From Ignavibacteriota bacterium (GTDB lineage: Bacteria > Bacteroidota > Ignavibacteria > UBA10030 > UBA6906): a stretch of DNA of 64,000 nucleotides. Shown piece by piece: positions 1-11,000 of this stretch. The notes beneath the pieces are model-generated. The model had not been told where the DNA came from, made no database searches, and was given only the letters and a program-made list of their open reading frames with translations. The stretch is taken from positions 1,536,001 to 1,600,000 of the forward strand of contig CAWDEM010000004.1 of the NCBI GenBank assembly GCA_963801355.1. The letters are read 5' to 3'. How positions within the stretch are numbered: the first letter of the stretch is position 1; each line of letters opens with the position of its first letter. Both the position numbers and the translations under genes were made by a program.

Positions 1-296
1 AGAGACGTGTCGACTTCAGCTGCGTTCGTAATGTCAAAGGGTTCAACGTCCGTGTCCACCATGGTAACCACAAGTGTATTGCCGTTCCTTGTGACACCTA
101 TGCTGATGTCCTGCCGACCCCCGCGGGCATGGCGGATGATATTTGTGAAGAGTTCTTCAACAGCCAGTGCGATTGCAGACGCGCTATCACGGTCTGCACG
201 GTACGTCGACATGCACGTTTCCATGAAGTCGAATACATTCTCAAGCGCAGCCATATCTCTGCGGAACGAGCGTTCCATGGGAGTATTGTCTCTCAC
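1..296 (-). CDS. Anti-sigma factor / RsbW-like ATP-binding (HATPase_c_2) protein, 3' end runs off the window
   Basis: Not in the ORF track; manual translation gives MRDNTPMERSFRRDMAALENVFDF…IALAVEELFTNIIRHA…MVDTDVEPFD (E-x-x-x-N N-box). GTG start overlaps the stop of the upstream PP2C gene (GTGA); alternative ATG at 278. Confidence 0.85.
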   Translation of the reverse strand, partial: MRDNTPMERSFRRDMAALENVFDFMETCMSTYRADRDSASAIALAVEELFTNIIRHARGGRQDISIGVTRNGNTLVVTMVDTDVEPFDITNAAEVDTS

Positions 297-1597
297 GGAG
301 AAAGCCGCTTGACCACGACGAGGGTGATGTCGTCGTGCTGCGGTGCGCTGCCCGTGTGCTGCTTCACCGCCGCAACGATGCGCTCGATGATGGCCGGAGC
401 TGATGCGTGCCTGCAGTCAGGGAGGAGGGCATCCAGCTGTGTCTGGCCGAATTGTTGTTCCTGGACATCCATTGCCTCCGTGACTCCATCGGAGAATACC
501 ACAAGCAGGTCGTCAGGCTGGAGCGTAATGGTTTCTTCCTCGAACGGGAAATTGTCGATAATGCTCAGTGGTGCTCCTCCGGTGGAGAGCCGGGTCGGCC
601 CGGTGGCGCTGGTGAAAAGGTAAGGATGCTCATGCCCGGCGTTGACATAGGTGAGCGTATGGTTGGTGATGTCCAGTACGGCATAGAAGAGAGTGACGAA
701 TTTTTCCGGGCTGGTGCTTTGAAGAAGCAATTTGTTCGCCCGTTGAATGCAGAGCTGTGGCGGTGAATTCGTAAGACTCTGGCTCCGCAGCGTTGCCTGC
801 ACGTTGGCCATGAGCAAAGAGGCGGGGAGCCCTTTCCCGGAGACGTCACCAAGGCATATACCGAGGCGCCCCCCTTCGATAGCGATGAAATCGAAATAGT
901 CGCCTCCGACATCCTGTGCCGGGATCGTACGACCGGCAATTTCGTATCCCGGGACATCGGGAAACACCTGGGGGAGGAGATCCGCCTGGATCCGTGCAGC
1001 GAGCCGGATCTCTTCTTTCATGCGTAGAAGCGCCTGTTCCGACTCATAGAGGCGGGCATTCTCGATCACTTGTGCGGACTGGCCTGCAATGATCGCCAGA
1101 AGCCGCTGATCGTCCTCGGTAAACCCGGCCTCGGTCTTCTTGTTATAGACCGTCAGAACACCCCGCACTTCTCCTTTGACCATGAGCGGGACGCACAGCA
1201 GCGACCTCACTGAGTCATCCCACCGCACCCCTTGAAAGCGCGGATCCTCCCGCGGTTTGTTCAGTGCAATGGGCATCCGGTGCAGCTGCATCCAGCCAAG
1301 CAGGCTTTCGTTGAAATGGTACGGCTGTCCAGCGGCTGAACGCACCATGGTGCGCACCAGGGTTTTCATGGGCTCATGAGACTTTTGGTCAACCATGGTG
1401 ATGACACCCTGTTCCGCCTGGATCGCACGCACAGACCGGTGGATAATGGTGCGCATGATCTCCTGGGAATTGGTCACGCCGCCAATGGCACGTGCCAGGT
1501 CATTAAGAGTCGAGAGTTCCTCCACCGCATGCCGGAGACGTCGGTTTTCATCCTCAACGACAGGCATCGGCCTTTCTCTGGGGGTATCTGGAGTCAT
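293..1597 (-). CDS. GAF + SpoIIE/PP2C Ser/Thr phosphatase (RsbU-like)
   Basis: GAF region (LLCVPL…GVLTVYNK…FTEDDQRLL), then ARIQADLLP, VGGDYFD, GDVSGKG, NAGH, FSDGVTEA, DDIT motifs. Confidence 0.95.
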   Translation of the reverse strand: MTPDTPRERPMPVVEDENRRLRHAVEELSTLNDLARAIGGVTNSQEIMRTIIHRSVRAIQAEQGVITMVDQKSHEPMKTLVRTMVRSAAGQPYHFNESLLGWMQLHRMPIALNKPREDPRFQGVRWDDSVRSLLCVPLMVKGEVRGVLTVYNKKTEAGFTEDDQRLLAIIAGQSAQVIENARLYESEQALLRMKEEIRLAARIQADLLPQVFPDVPGYEIAGRTIPAQDVGGDYFDFIAIEGGRLGICLGDVSGKGLPASLLMANVQATLRSQSLTNSPPQLCIQRANKLLLQSTSPEKFVTLFYAVLDITNHTLTYVNAGHEHPYLFTSATGPTRLSTGGAPLSIIDNFPFEEETITLQPDDLLVVFSDGVTEAMDVQEQQFGQTQLDALLPDCRHASAPAIIERIVAAVKQHTGSAPQHDDITLVVVKRLSP

Positions 1598-1628
1598 AGG
1601 GTGATTCTCCGTTGGTATGGTGTAAACA

Positions 1629-3035
1629 TCAGACGGTGTAGACTCCCAGCCGCGTCAAAACACTGCGCATGACGTCAGGCTTGTCAGTGACCACGCCGTT
1701 GACCCCCGCCACGATGGAATGGTACATTTGCGCGGGATCGTTGATTGTCCAGTGAAGAACGGTCGTGAGCATGCTCTGACGGTTATAGTCGCGATCGCGG
1801 GTGGCTTCGATAATTTCCTCCAGATCACCGGACCGGAATCGTGTGCCGATCGATACGATGGTATTCCCCATATCCCGCGCGACGGCAAGGGGATTCTTTT
1901 TTATCCCGAACATCGCCGCGAAACTCCCGGCGGCGTCGAAGGCGAATTCGCACCGTTCTTCCCCCGACTGCCGGAGCCCTTCCTTGAGACTCTCGAGTAC
2001 CCTCTTGCTTGAGTTGGCAATTACCAGGCGCTCGGGGAGTACGGGATACCGGCGCAATGACGCTCCCAGCGTGGCCCCGTACACCTCATACCGCTTCCGG
2101 TCGTCTTCATCCCAGTAGGGATTCTTCACGTCGAAAAAGAGCAGCTTCACGCGTTGCACTTCTCCCGACACAAATGTCAGGAACTCGTCGAGGTCCGGGA
2201 TGGGGTACTCTGCGCCTTTGACGTGATGATACTTGTACCAGTGCCGGACCTGGTCGAGGTTCAACTTCAGAATATCAAACGATTGGCCGGACCACATGTG
2301 CCTCCGGCGTGCGATTCGGTAATCTCCATCCTTCAGCTCTTTGATCAGTGCGGTCTCTCCGTCAAATTCGGGCGACACGAGCTCGTACGGAAAGTCCTCG
2401 AACACGATCCGCGTGCTGTCGGGACTGGCATCGTGAAATATGACAATACGTTTGTCTTTTGTCAGACAGAGATCGAACTCCAGTCCGTTCGCCCCGATGT
2501 CTATCGCCTCGCGGAAAGAGGCTATGGTATTCTCGGGGAGGCGGTACGGTGCCCCGCGATGGCCGATGACGTACAACCGCCGCAGTGGCACTCTCAGCAG
2601 CAGGGGGGATTCCGGAGACGTCGAGACGCTCACGTCATCGTCTCGGAAGAACTCATTCGTCTCGTACCCATCGTCCCAGCCTGAATCCCATACCGGGATG
2701 CGGGCCGGGCAATAGACAGGAAGCATGTGAGGTTGGATCTCGCTCGGATGATGGAGGGCTCTGGTGGCCTTCGAGAAATTGCGCTTGTCAAACGAGACAC
2801 GGAGAAAGTGATCCGCACTCACGCGATAGCGGCGGTTGGTGGAGTAGAACAAGTGACGGACCGGATCCGGAGTCAGGGTCAACAGGTTCTCCGGATCCTC
2901 CGGATCATCCGGATCGACCTCTGCGAGCTGCACCTCTATGCCGTCGAATATGGGGAAGCCTGCCCAGTCTTCGGCGGTGTCGGTGACGGGATCATACAGG
3001 ACGACTTTGACGTAGAGGGGTTTCATACCGGTCAC
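1629..3035 (-). CDS. Glycerophosphodiester phosphodiesterase (GDPD) with ~150-aa uncharacterised N-terminal extension
   Basis: IGHRGA…PENTIASF…GLEFDLCLTKD…IFHD and WTIND…GVNGVVTDKP motifs; start may be ATG at 3026. Confidence 0.88.
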   Translation of the reverse strand: MTGMKPLYVKVVLYDPVTDTAEDWAGFPIFDGIEVQLAEVDPDDPEDPENLLTLTPDPVRHLFYSTNRRYRVSADHFLRVSFDKRNFSKATRALHHPSEIQPHMLPVYCPARIPVWDSGWDDGYETNEFFRDDDVSVSTSPESPLLLRVPLRRLYVIGHRGAPYRLPENTIASFREAIDIGANGLEFDLCLTKDKRIVIFHDASPDSTRIVFEDFPYELVSPEFDGETALIKELKDGDYRIARRRHMWSGQSFDILKLNLDQVRHWYKYHHVKGAEYPIPDLDEFLTFVSGEVQRVKLLFFDVKNPYWDEDDRKRYEVYGATLGASLRRYPVLPERLVIANSSKRVLESLKEGLRQSGEERCEFAFDAAGSFAAMFGIKKNPLAVARDMGNTIVSIGTRFRSGDLEEIIEATRDRDYNRQSMLTTVLHWTINDPAQMYHSIVAGVNGVVTDKPDVMRSVLTRLGVYTV

Positions 3036-5257
3036 AGGCTCCGCTTCCAGAAATCCAGCATAGTGGTATACAGGTGCACCCGCGCCGCGGGATCTGAGAT
3101 GCCATGCATGCGCATCGGGTACACCATCAGTTCAAATAATTTCCCGGCCTTGATCAATTCGTCGCTAAACGCCCAGGTATTCTGTATGTGGACGTTGTCG
3201 TCGTAGGTGCCATGAATGATCATGAGGTGTCCGTGCAGATCCTTCGCATACTTCAGGAGCGAGACCGCTTCGTATCCCTCTCTGTTCTCGGCCTCGGTTT
3301 TCATCGCTGCCTCACCCCACTTGGTGTCATAGAAGCGCACGTCGGACACGCCGGCTACGGCGACACCGGCTTTAAATTCCGCTGAACGAGTCATGCCGAG
3401 CATGGTGTATGACCCGCCGCCGCTCCACCCCCAGATGCCGATGCGGCTTGAATCCACGAACGCTTGCGCTTTCATCCACCGTGCCGCATCGATCAGGTCA
3501 TGCAGCTCGATTTCCCCCATGATGCGGTGGAGAACAAGGTTCTCCAGCTTCTTGCTGATCCCCGTCGCCGACCGGGGGTCCACCCGGGCCACAAGGTAGC
3601 CGTTGTCCGCGAGAATATTGTCCCAGACGACATCGCGCTGCCAGCTGTTCACCACCTGCGGGGCCGACGGGCCGCCGTACACGAAGAAAATCACAGGATA
3701 CTTCCGCGAAGGATTAAAGTCGCGCGGCTTCACGATCTGTGCGGGGAGTGGAAAACCATCTCGTGCCGGGATGGTGAAGAACGACGGGTACTGTATCCCC
3801 CTGGCGGCAAACTTTTCCGCGTTGGGTGCTGCGAGAGTAAGGATCGTGTCCCCGGAGGAACGATGGAGCGTCAGCCGGGGAGGAGTTGAGGCATTCGAAA
3901 ACCTGTCAGCGTAATATCTGCCGTCCGGGCTGAAGACAATACTATGCGAACCGTCTTCCCGGGAGAGCCGCTTCATCCCGGAGCCATCAAAACGGATGCG
4001 ATAGAGATGGCGCTCGATTGAGGCCTTCTCAAGCGCAGTGAAGAAGAGCCACCCGTTCTGTTCATCCAGCCCGACAATGGAACGCTGCACCCAGGCAACA
4101 CCGCCGGAGCCGGAAAATGTCGCCCATGAACCTCTGGTTATCTGATTCACCAGCTTTCCGTCGAGTGTGTACCGGTACAGGTGTTTGTACCCGTCTCGCT
4201 CCGAGGACCAGATGAAGTGCTTTCCATCCCTCAGAAACAGCAAGTCGTCGTCAATGTTTACCCATCCGGAATCTGTTTCTTTGAGTATGTGTGCGGCCTT
4301 GCCCGTAGCCCGATCGGCAAAGAGGAGGTCTTTCGCGGTCTGGAGCCGGTTCATCGTTTGCACACTCACACGGTTTCCGTCGGGAAGCCACTGGACACGC
4401 ACAATGTATTCGTGCTGTTGAGTGCTCAGATCTACCCAGGTGGTTGTTCCACGCCGGATATCCGCAATCCCGAGCCTCACCGACGGGTTCTTTTCGCCGA
4501 CTTTCGGGTAGCGCTGCGTGATGACACGGGGGGTCCATGGCTTGAAGTCCACGTAGTGTTGAACGCTGACGCCGGATTCTTCCGTGCGCAGGAACGCGAC
4601 AGAGCGCGAATCCGGGGACCACCAGTAACCGATATCATGACGTCCGTAAATTTCTTCCCAGTATACCCAGGAGAGCGTGCCATTCCGGATGCTGTCGCAC
4701 CCGTCAGCGGTTAACCGGAGTTCGGTCTTTGTGCCGCGGTCGAACACATACAGGTCGTTCGCCCTGACGTAGGTCACCTTTTCACCGTCGGGTGACAGGC
4801 GAGCACATGTTTCCTTGTCGGTGGTTTTGGTGATGCGGGAGAAGGCTGCGGTGGGAATATCCAGGATGACGAGATCTCCACCGAAGTCGTACAGTGCAGT
4901 CGCTCCCTTGCCGTCGATGTCCTGCGGGAACGGAAGGCTTGGCGGGGCGGCGCCTTCACCCAGGAGGGATTTCAGCTGCTCGCGCGCCCCGGTTGCATCC
5001 AGCATGGGTGTGCGAATGCCTGAGGAAGGGTCCAGCAGCTCGAGAGTGCGATCGGCGGGAAGTTTGCGGGAGTCGTACAAAATTGCCTGGCTGCTGGAGA
5101 GCCACCGCACGGTTGGTGTCGCCGCCATCCGCGAGACTTCAGATGAAAACATCCACTCAACGGTCGGCCGCTGAATTTCCTGGGCGGAACCGGGTAGGCG
5201 GCAAACCCCGAGAAGCGTGATGACAACACTTACAACAGAGAACCTGTGGATATGCAT
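3032..5257 (-). CDS. S9B dipeptidyl-peptidase IV family protein, secreted
   Basis: Signal peptide, DPPIV N-terminal propeller (WVYWEEI, WWSPDS, YPKVG), GWSGGG nucleophile, DDNVH, C-terminal His (MHGI). Confidence 0.95.
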   Translation of the reverse strand: MHIHRFSVVSVVITLLGVCRLPGSAQEIQRPTVEWMFSSEVSRMAATPTVRWLSSSQAILYDSRKLPADRTLELLDPSSGIRTPMLDATGAREQLKSLLGEGAAPPSLPFPQDIDGKGATALYDFGGDLVILDIPTAAFSRITKTTDKETCARLSPDGEKVTYVRANDLYVFDRGTKTELRLTADGCDSIRNGTLSWVYWEEIYGRHDIGYWWSPDSRSVAFLRTEESGVSVQHYVDFKPWTPRVITQRYPKVGEKNPSVRLGIADIRRGTTTWVDLSTQQHEYIVRVQWLPDGNRVSVQTMNRLQTAKDLLFADRATGKAAHILKETDSGWVNIDDDLLFLRDGKHFIWSSERDGYKHLYRYTLDGKLVNQITRGSWATFSGSGGVAWVQRSIVGLDEQNGWLFFTALEKASIERHLYRIRFDGSGMKRLSREDGSHSIVFSPDGRYYADRFSNASTPPRLTLHRSSGDTILTLAAPNAEKFAARGIQYPSFFTIPARDGFPLPAQIVKPRDFNPSRKYPVIFFVYGGPSAPQVVNSWQRDVVWDNILADNGYLVARVDPRSATGISKKLENLVLHRIMGEIELHDLIDAARWMKAQAFVDSSRIGIWGWSGGGSYTMLGMTRSAEFKAGVAVAGVSDVRFYDTKWGEAAMKTEAENREGYEAVSLLKYAKDLHGHLMIIHGTYDDNVHIQNTWAFSDELIKAGKLFELMVYPMRMHGISDPAARVHLYTTMLDFWKRSL

Positions 5258-5282
5258 GCTGAGGGATTCCGGTTTATGAGTG

Positions 5283-6557
5283 CTATCTGAGGAGCAACAT
5301 TCTTTTCACCCGGGCTGCGTCACCTGCGGTGAGCCGGCAAAGATAGACGCCGCTCGCGAGGCCGGCCGCATTCCATGTCACCGTGTAGTCCCCGGGCTCT
5401 CTCTTTTCATCCACGAGCACCGCGACTTCACGGCCCAATATGTCATGCACGCTGAGCCGCACCCACCCATTGCCTATTGCCTCGTGCCTACTCCCTGTTC
5501 CCGGTACCGTGTAGCCTATCGTTGTGCTCGGGTTGAAAGGATTGGGATAGTTCTGTTCCAGGCGCATCCCGCTGGGAGCCGCATCGACGAATGGGACATG
5601 CGTCTGTGTCCGGCTGTCTGTGTCAATCAGCAACGCCAACCCCGACCGGGTGACCTCCACTGCATAGGACATTGTCAGCGCGGTTGCGGAGTCATGAGTT
5701 GTGTGATAGAACGGATTGAAGGTATATTCGATATTGAAAAACGCCTTGTACCCCTGGACAGAAAAGTACCAGCTGTCCGATTGGCTCCGGTAACTTGTCG
5801 AAAGAACGGGAGTGAGCGTTGTGTAGGCGCGCATGACAGCTGAATCCTTCTCGGCGATATCGCGCGCTCCGTCGTACCAGATAACGAATACCTGCCGCCG
5901 CACATCACCGGGGGCAAGGTACCCGATCATATCATAGTTCTGCATCTGAATGATCTTTTGTGCTTTTCCCATGGCGGCACCGGCATAATGCTGGCTCCCG
6001 AGCAGTCCCGCTTCCTCGGCCGCAAACGCTGCAAATCGCACAGTGATTTTCGGTCTGTATCCCGCTGACTGCATCACCCGCGCCATCTCGAGCACCGCAG
6101 CCGTACCCGAAGCGTTGTCATCAGCCCCGGGGGCATGCCCCGCGGTGGACGACCGGGAATCGTAGTGAGCGCCGATAACGACTTCGCCTACCGTCTCCTC
6201 CGACCCGTGGATCGTCGCTATGACGTTTCGCTGCATGAGATTAGAGCTGCGGGCGGCAAAACTGTCATAGACAACATCTGTGAAGCCAAACGACAAGAAC
6301 CGCCCGGCGATCCACGCAGCCACAGAGTCGTGATTCGACGCAAACGCATCGCGAGTCCCGAATGCCTGCAAGCCGAGCAGGTGGCTCGCATACGTCGACT
6401 CCGCAACCTGCGCAATAATCTCAGGGATGGGGTCATGAGTTCCGGTGATTCCGTTTTCCTGGGAATATCCGGTCGGTCGCACGGACAGGAGAAGGGCAGC
6501 GAGGCACAAGCCCCGCAGGAAGTTGCCCCGGTATCTGCAGATTATCGTCCGCGTCAT
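5283..6557 (-). CDS. M28 family aminopeptidase with T9SS C-terminal domain
   Basis: GAHYDS, GADDNASG, AEEAGLLGS, NYDMIGY, YHTTHD; CTD LEQNYPNPFNPST…KRMLLLR. Confidence 0.93.
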   Translation of the reverse strand: MTRTIICRYRGNFLRGLCLAALLLSVRPTGYSQENGITGTHDPIPEIIAQVAESTYASHLLGLQAFGTRDAFASNHDSVAAWIAGRFLSFGFTDVVYDSFAARSSNLMQRNVIATIHGSEETVGEVVIGAHYDSRSSTAGHAPGADDNASGTAAVLEMARVMQSAGYRPKITVRFAAFAAEEAGLLGSQHYAGAAMGKAQKIIQMQNYDMIGYLAPGDVRRQVFVIWYDGARDIAEKDSAVMRAYTTLTPVLSTSYRSQSDSWYFSVQGYKAFFNIEYTFNPFYHTTHDSATALTMSYAVEVTRSGLALLIDTDSRTQTHVPFVDAAPSGMRLEQNYPNPFNPSTTIGYTVPGTGSRHEAIGNGWVRLSVHDILGREVAVLVDEKREPGDYTVTWNAAGLASGVYLCRLTAGDAARVKRMLLLR

Positions 6558-6606
6558 TTCGTGTAGCCGGGCCTCTGCGCAAGAAAGATCTTCTGATCCG
6601 ACGCGA

Positions 6607-7995
6607 TCAGTGCGCCGCTCCCACCGGCTTCATCGACCCATCGGCGCGGGACTCTTCGGCCCGGAACGCCATGAGGTGGCTCTCCATCGCGCTGGCGATC
6701 GTTGTCGAAAGCGGAGCCGGATCGTGTTGACTCACCGCCTGAACGAACGCGTGGGCGAGTCCGTAATCGCCGCCGCCGTGGCCCGAGGAGCTTGCGGCCT
6801 GTTCATCAACGTTCCAACGATCGGTCTTTCCGGTCTTGAAATTAGAGACAAAAAGGTCCTTTTCATCGGCGACGATATCGCCTTCGGATCCCATGATCCG
6901 GATGCGGCGGCGCGCATAACTTGTGTGTGCCTCCATATTAAAGCTGGCGGTGATCCCTTCCTCGAATTCCATGGAGACGACCTGATGATCGACCACGTCG
7001 TTATCACAGTGATAAACGCAGCGGCCGTAAGGTCCATTCTTTAATTGCTCGAGAATGGCGGGTCCTTTGTCGCCCTCTTCCGGGAGATCCATGTGGGTCA
7101 ACCATGTCCGGTCACGATAGTAGATTTTCAAGGCCGAATAAGGGCATTCACCCTCGATGGTGCAGCCGCCGGTGCATCGGTCGGTACTGCCCGCGGGAGC
7201 GTTCTCACTCTTGAACCATGTGAGTGATCCGAAGGACCCGATCCGTGTGCAATGCTTGCCGATGAGCCAGTTCAGAAGATCCAGATCATGGCACGATTTC
7301 GCCAGCAGCATAGGATTGGATTCCTTTGTATTCCGCCAGTTGCCACGGACAAAGGAGTGGGACATATGAATATGCTCGACGGGCTCCATGAGCTGGATGC
7401 TCACCATTCTCCCCAGCGCTCCCGAATCCACAACCTCCTTGAGTTTTCGGAAAAACGGCGCATACCGCAGAACATGGCAGATGGCGACGACGCGGTCTTT
7501 GGCGATGGCAAGGTTCATGATGTCAGAGCACTGCTGCCAGGACTGGGCAATCGGTTTCTCGAGGAGAAGATCATATCCCATGCTGAGCGCGGCCATCGCA
7601 GGGCCATAGTGGAGCGCGTCGGGAGTCGTGATGATCACGGCATCGGCGAATTTTTCGGCTTTGAAGATGTCCTCCCAGGTTGTGAATCGTCTCCCGGGAG
7701 GAATACCATAGCGCCGGGCGAACCGATCGCTCCGGAAGGGGATAGGCTCGGCGAAGCCGACAATCTTGAGCTCCGTCGGAAATTTCTCGGAATACGAAGC
7801 GTAGACGTTCCCCCGATTGCCGGCTCCGGCAACGATAGCCGTCACGGGTCTGTCGGGAGTTTTGGAAAATGGATCCGGCTGAAACTCGATGGCGTGGGGA
7901 ACGAGCCCCGCGTAAGCCCGGGGAGGGATCATTGCACCGGCAGCCGTGACTCCCACGGCTTTGAGCATTTCGCGTCTGCTCCAGGAACGGTTCAT
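6607..7995 (-). CDS. Gfo/Idh/MocA oxidoreductase with Tat signal
   Basis: SRREMLK twin-arginine signal, GAGNRG Rossmann loop, LLEKP, CHVLRY, KSCHDLD, GHGGGD. Confidence 0.93.
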   Translation of the reverse strand: MNRSWSRREMLKAVGVTAAGAMIPPRAYAGLVPHAIEFQPDPFSKTPDRPVTAIVAGAGNRGNVYASYSEKFPTELKIVGFAEPIPFRSDRFARRYGIPPGRRFTTWEDIFKAEKFADAVIITTPDALHYGPAMAALSMGYDLLLEKPIAQSWQQCSDIMNLAIAKDRVVAICHVLRYAPFFRKLKEVVDSGALGRMVSIQLMEPVEHIHMSHSFVRGNWRNTKESNPMLLAKSCHDLDLLNWLIGKHCTRIGSFGSLTWFKSENAPAGSTDRCTGGCTIEGECPYSALKIYYRDRTWLTHMDLPEEGDKGPAILEQLKNGPYGRCVYHCDNDVVDHQVVSMEFEEGITASFNMEAHTSYARRRIRIMGSEGDIVADEKDLFVSNFKTGKTDRWNVDEQAASSSGHGGGDYGLAHAFVQAVSQHDPAPLSTTIASAMESHLMAFRAEESRADGSMKPVGAAH

Positions 7996-8090
7996 GGGGA
8001 TATCCTTAAGCTATAAAGAGGAGAAAAAGGCAACGAGTATCCGACGGGGAGCACGCAGCAAGTTACGAAAGGAGAATGGTAGAATCCAAC

Positions 8091-11000
8091 CTATTTCATC
8101 AAAAGCATTTTGCCGGTCAGATATTGACCGCCATCAGCTGTGAGCCGGAGAAGATACACACCCGAAGCGACATTGTTGCCGTCAGCGTTTTTCCCATCCC
8201 ACACGAACCAGTGGCGCCCTGGCTCCAGAGGACCCGCGAACAGGGTTCGCACTTCTTCGCCAAGGATTGTGTACACGCCCAGTGTCAGGTTGGCGTGGCG
8301 TGGAACGGCGACGGGAATAGTGGTTGCGGGATTGAAGGGATTCGGGAAATTGTTCCCCAGCGCGAACTCCCTGGGGAGAAGTTCGCCCAGGACATCTCGT
8401 GTGGCATCCTCGCTTCCCACAACAATGCGGAAGCGCGACACCGGAGTCGCCGGCGTAAACCGGTATTCGGCATTTTCGCGAAGGTCGGCGACCTTCGCAC
8501 GTTCGTCATCGATCAGGAGTACCCGGTATTGCGGAGGGACGTCGGGGACGCCGGAGAAAGAGAGTTGAGCCGGCTCCTGCACGATCGCCCGGACGCTTAT
8601 CGGCCAGGTCTCGATCGATTCAATTTCCTTTCTGATGTCCGTCGCAAACACGCCCGCATCCGAATCCCATCCCGGACGCTCGAAAAACACCCCCGGCTGT
8701 TGTCCGACGCCCCGGGGCATGCGCTGGTCGAGCGGATCCCGCCCTTGGCTGGCAATCGGGGAGAGGCCGATGCTTGTTGCCCCGTCAGTGATGTCACCCG
8801 ACGAGAGCTGGATGTGAATTCTCCAAAGCGTGGTGTCGGCAGGAACGGAGCTCTTTGCGGCGGCCCAGCCGAGGGGGATCCGGAGGGCGGGGAGGTTGTC
8901 CGCGTTGTCGAACATGTACCCTGTACCCGGTCTGAAGGCAAAAGTCCTGGCGAAAGTGCCGGTGTACGTCCAGATGTCGGGAAGGATGCCGGTTCCATTA
9001 GCGTTCTGCACGGACGACCATTGGACCGTGGTCAGGAAGGGGTTCGTGATCAGGTTCCACCCCGGACGGAGGGGGATGGTCACCGACCGTAAAGAATCCA
9101 GAGGCAGTGTTGGCACGGAAGCGACAATCTTCATCGGGCCTTTGTTCAAGACCCAGAATGCGCGCCCAGGCACGAAGTTGAAGGTGGCGGTACCGTCGAA
9201 TGGCACGAGGTAGCCGCTTGCGGCGCCGTTGTCCCAGTACACCACCCAGTCGACATCCTTTTCTCCCGGCAGGAAACTGCGCACAGGCACATTACAGTTG
9301 CCCGGAATCCCCACAAGACGATACTCCTTGGTCTGGTATTCTCCCCTGGCTGAATACAACGGGAACCAGACCGAGTCAGAGAGCGATATCGTCTCCGGAT
9401 ATTCAAATGATGGCGTGAACGCCCGGGTAGGAGAGGGTTCGCTGTTGCCGACGTCGTTCCTGGCGAAGACCCGCCAGTAGTATTTTACTCCGCGAGCCAG
9501 GGAAGTCACATGTTTGGTGGTATCGGCAATAGTTGAATCATCGACGACCGTCGGGACGAAGGCGTCGTTGGTCGATACCTGGAGCCAGTACTCCACCCCC
9601 GTCACCGGCCAGGGATGCCAACGGAATGTCAAGACAGTATCCACGCCGGGTTGATCGTTTTCCGGTGATTCCGGGATAGGATATGGCGTTGGCGGCGCCG
9701 TGACATGGAAAGAGATACTCTGGGAATTGCCGCCACCCGGCGGATCATTTGACACGAAGATGCTGCGCATTCCCCCCGCCGCCGATCCGGTAATGCTGAC
9801 GTCGGCAGTCATGTGGGTGGAAGAGTCGAATGTAATGGAATTGACGGTTATTCCCGCTCCGACGTTCAGACTGGTCAACCCTTCGTAGAAATTGTCACCG
9901 GTACACTCCAGCGTCAGTCGCTGGAGCACGGCCCCGCTGGTGGGAATGAGGGAGGTGAAGCTCGGAGCCGGATTATTGATCACGACGAAAGCGCCGGCCA
10001 GAGATCCCACCCCTCCGCCTGGAGATCCATTGAAGATGTAGACGTCGCGATCTCCGGTCGCAGCAGCCGTATCAATGGAGACCGTGACGGCCAATTCGGT
10101 CCAGGATCTGACGCTCGTCGAGGTCGCGATCATGTCTCCAAAACTCACCGTTGTGACGCCCGGGAGAAATCCCGTACCCAGGATGGACACGGAGAGGATC
10201 TGGCCTCTTCTCCCGGAAGACGGTGTGACTTTTGTCACCGTGGGCGAGGGGTTGATCACCGCGAACGTATCGGATCGGCCGGTTTCCGCTCCTCCGGTCC
10301 GTGTCGCCATGATAATGAAGCGTCCGGCATTTTGCAGTGCCACGGTGTGTGAGGCGAGGACCCCCGCGTTGAATGGGGCGGTAATCTTGCCTGCCTGGCC
10401 AAGAACGCCGTTCGATGATACATCCGCCGTGCCGGTGAACGTCGTCGATATATTCCCGAACATATCATTCGCCCTGACACGGATATTGAAGGGCACCTGG
10501 GCGGTTTGAATTCCGATCGGCCCGCCACCTGCCGCATCAATCAAGAACGTATCCACGGGCGCGGGCAGGTTGGTGAGGAGGAATGCAGCCGGCGTCGATA
10601 TAGCGGGAGCCCTGGCGAGCAGAGTAAACGAACCCACGATTGCATTCGCCGTCAAGGTCGAAGCGGTCGCTATGCCGGTTCCGTCGGTCACGACACTGTC
10701 GATCAACAATTTACCGGCAAATGTTCCGCTGGCACCGGTGCCGGGTGCCGTAAACGTTACCAGGACGCCGGACAACAGATTCCCGGAGGAATCCCGTACG
10801 ATGGCCTTCAGGGGCGTGGTAAAAGGTGATCCCACAGCTGCGCTCTGCGGCGTTCCCGCGGAAGCTACGATTGTGCCCGGCGCACCGGAGATATTGGTCA
10901 GCTCGAAGACCGTGCCCGAGTCCACGCCGGCCGCAGTTGCCACAACGCGATAGGAGCCAACGAGGTTGTTTGCAGTAAAAGCGGGGGCTCTGGCAATACC

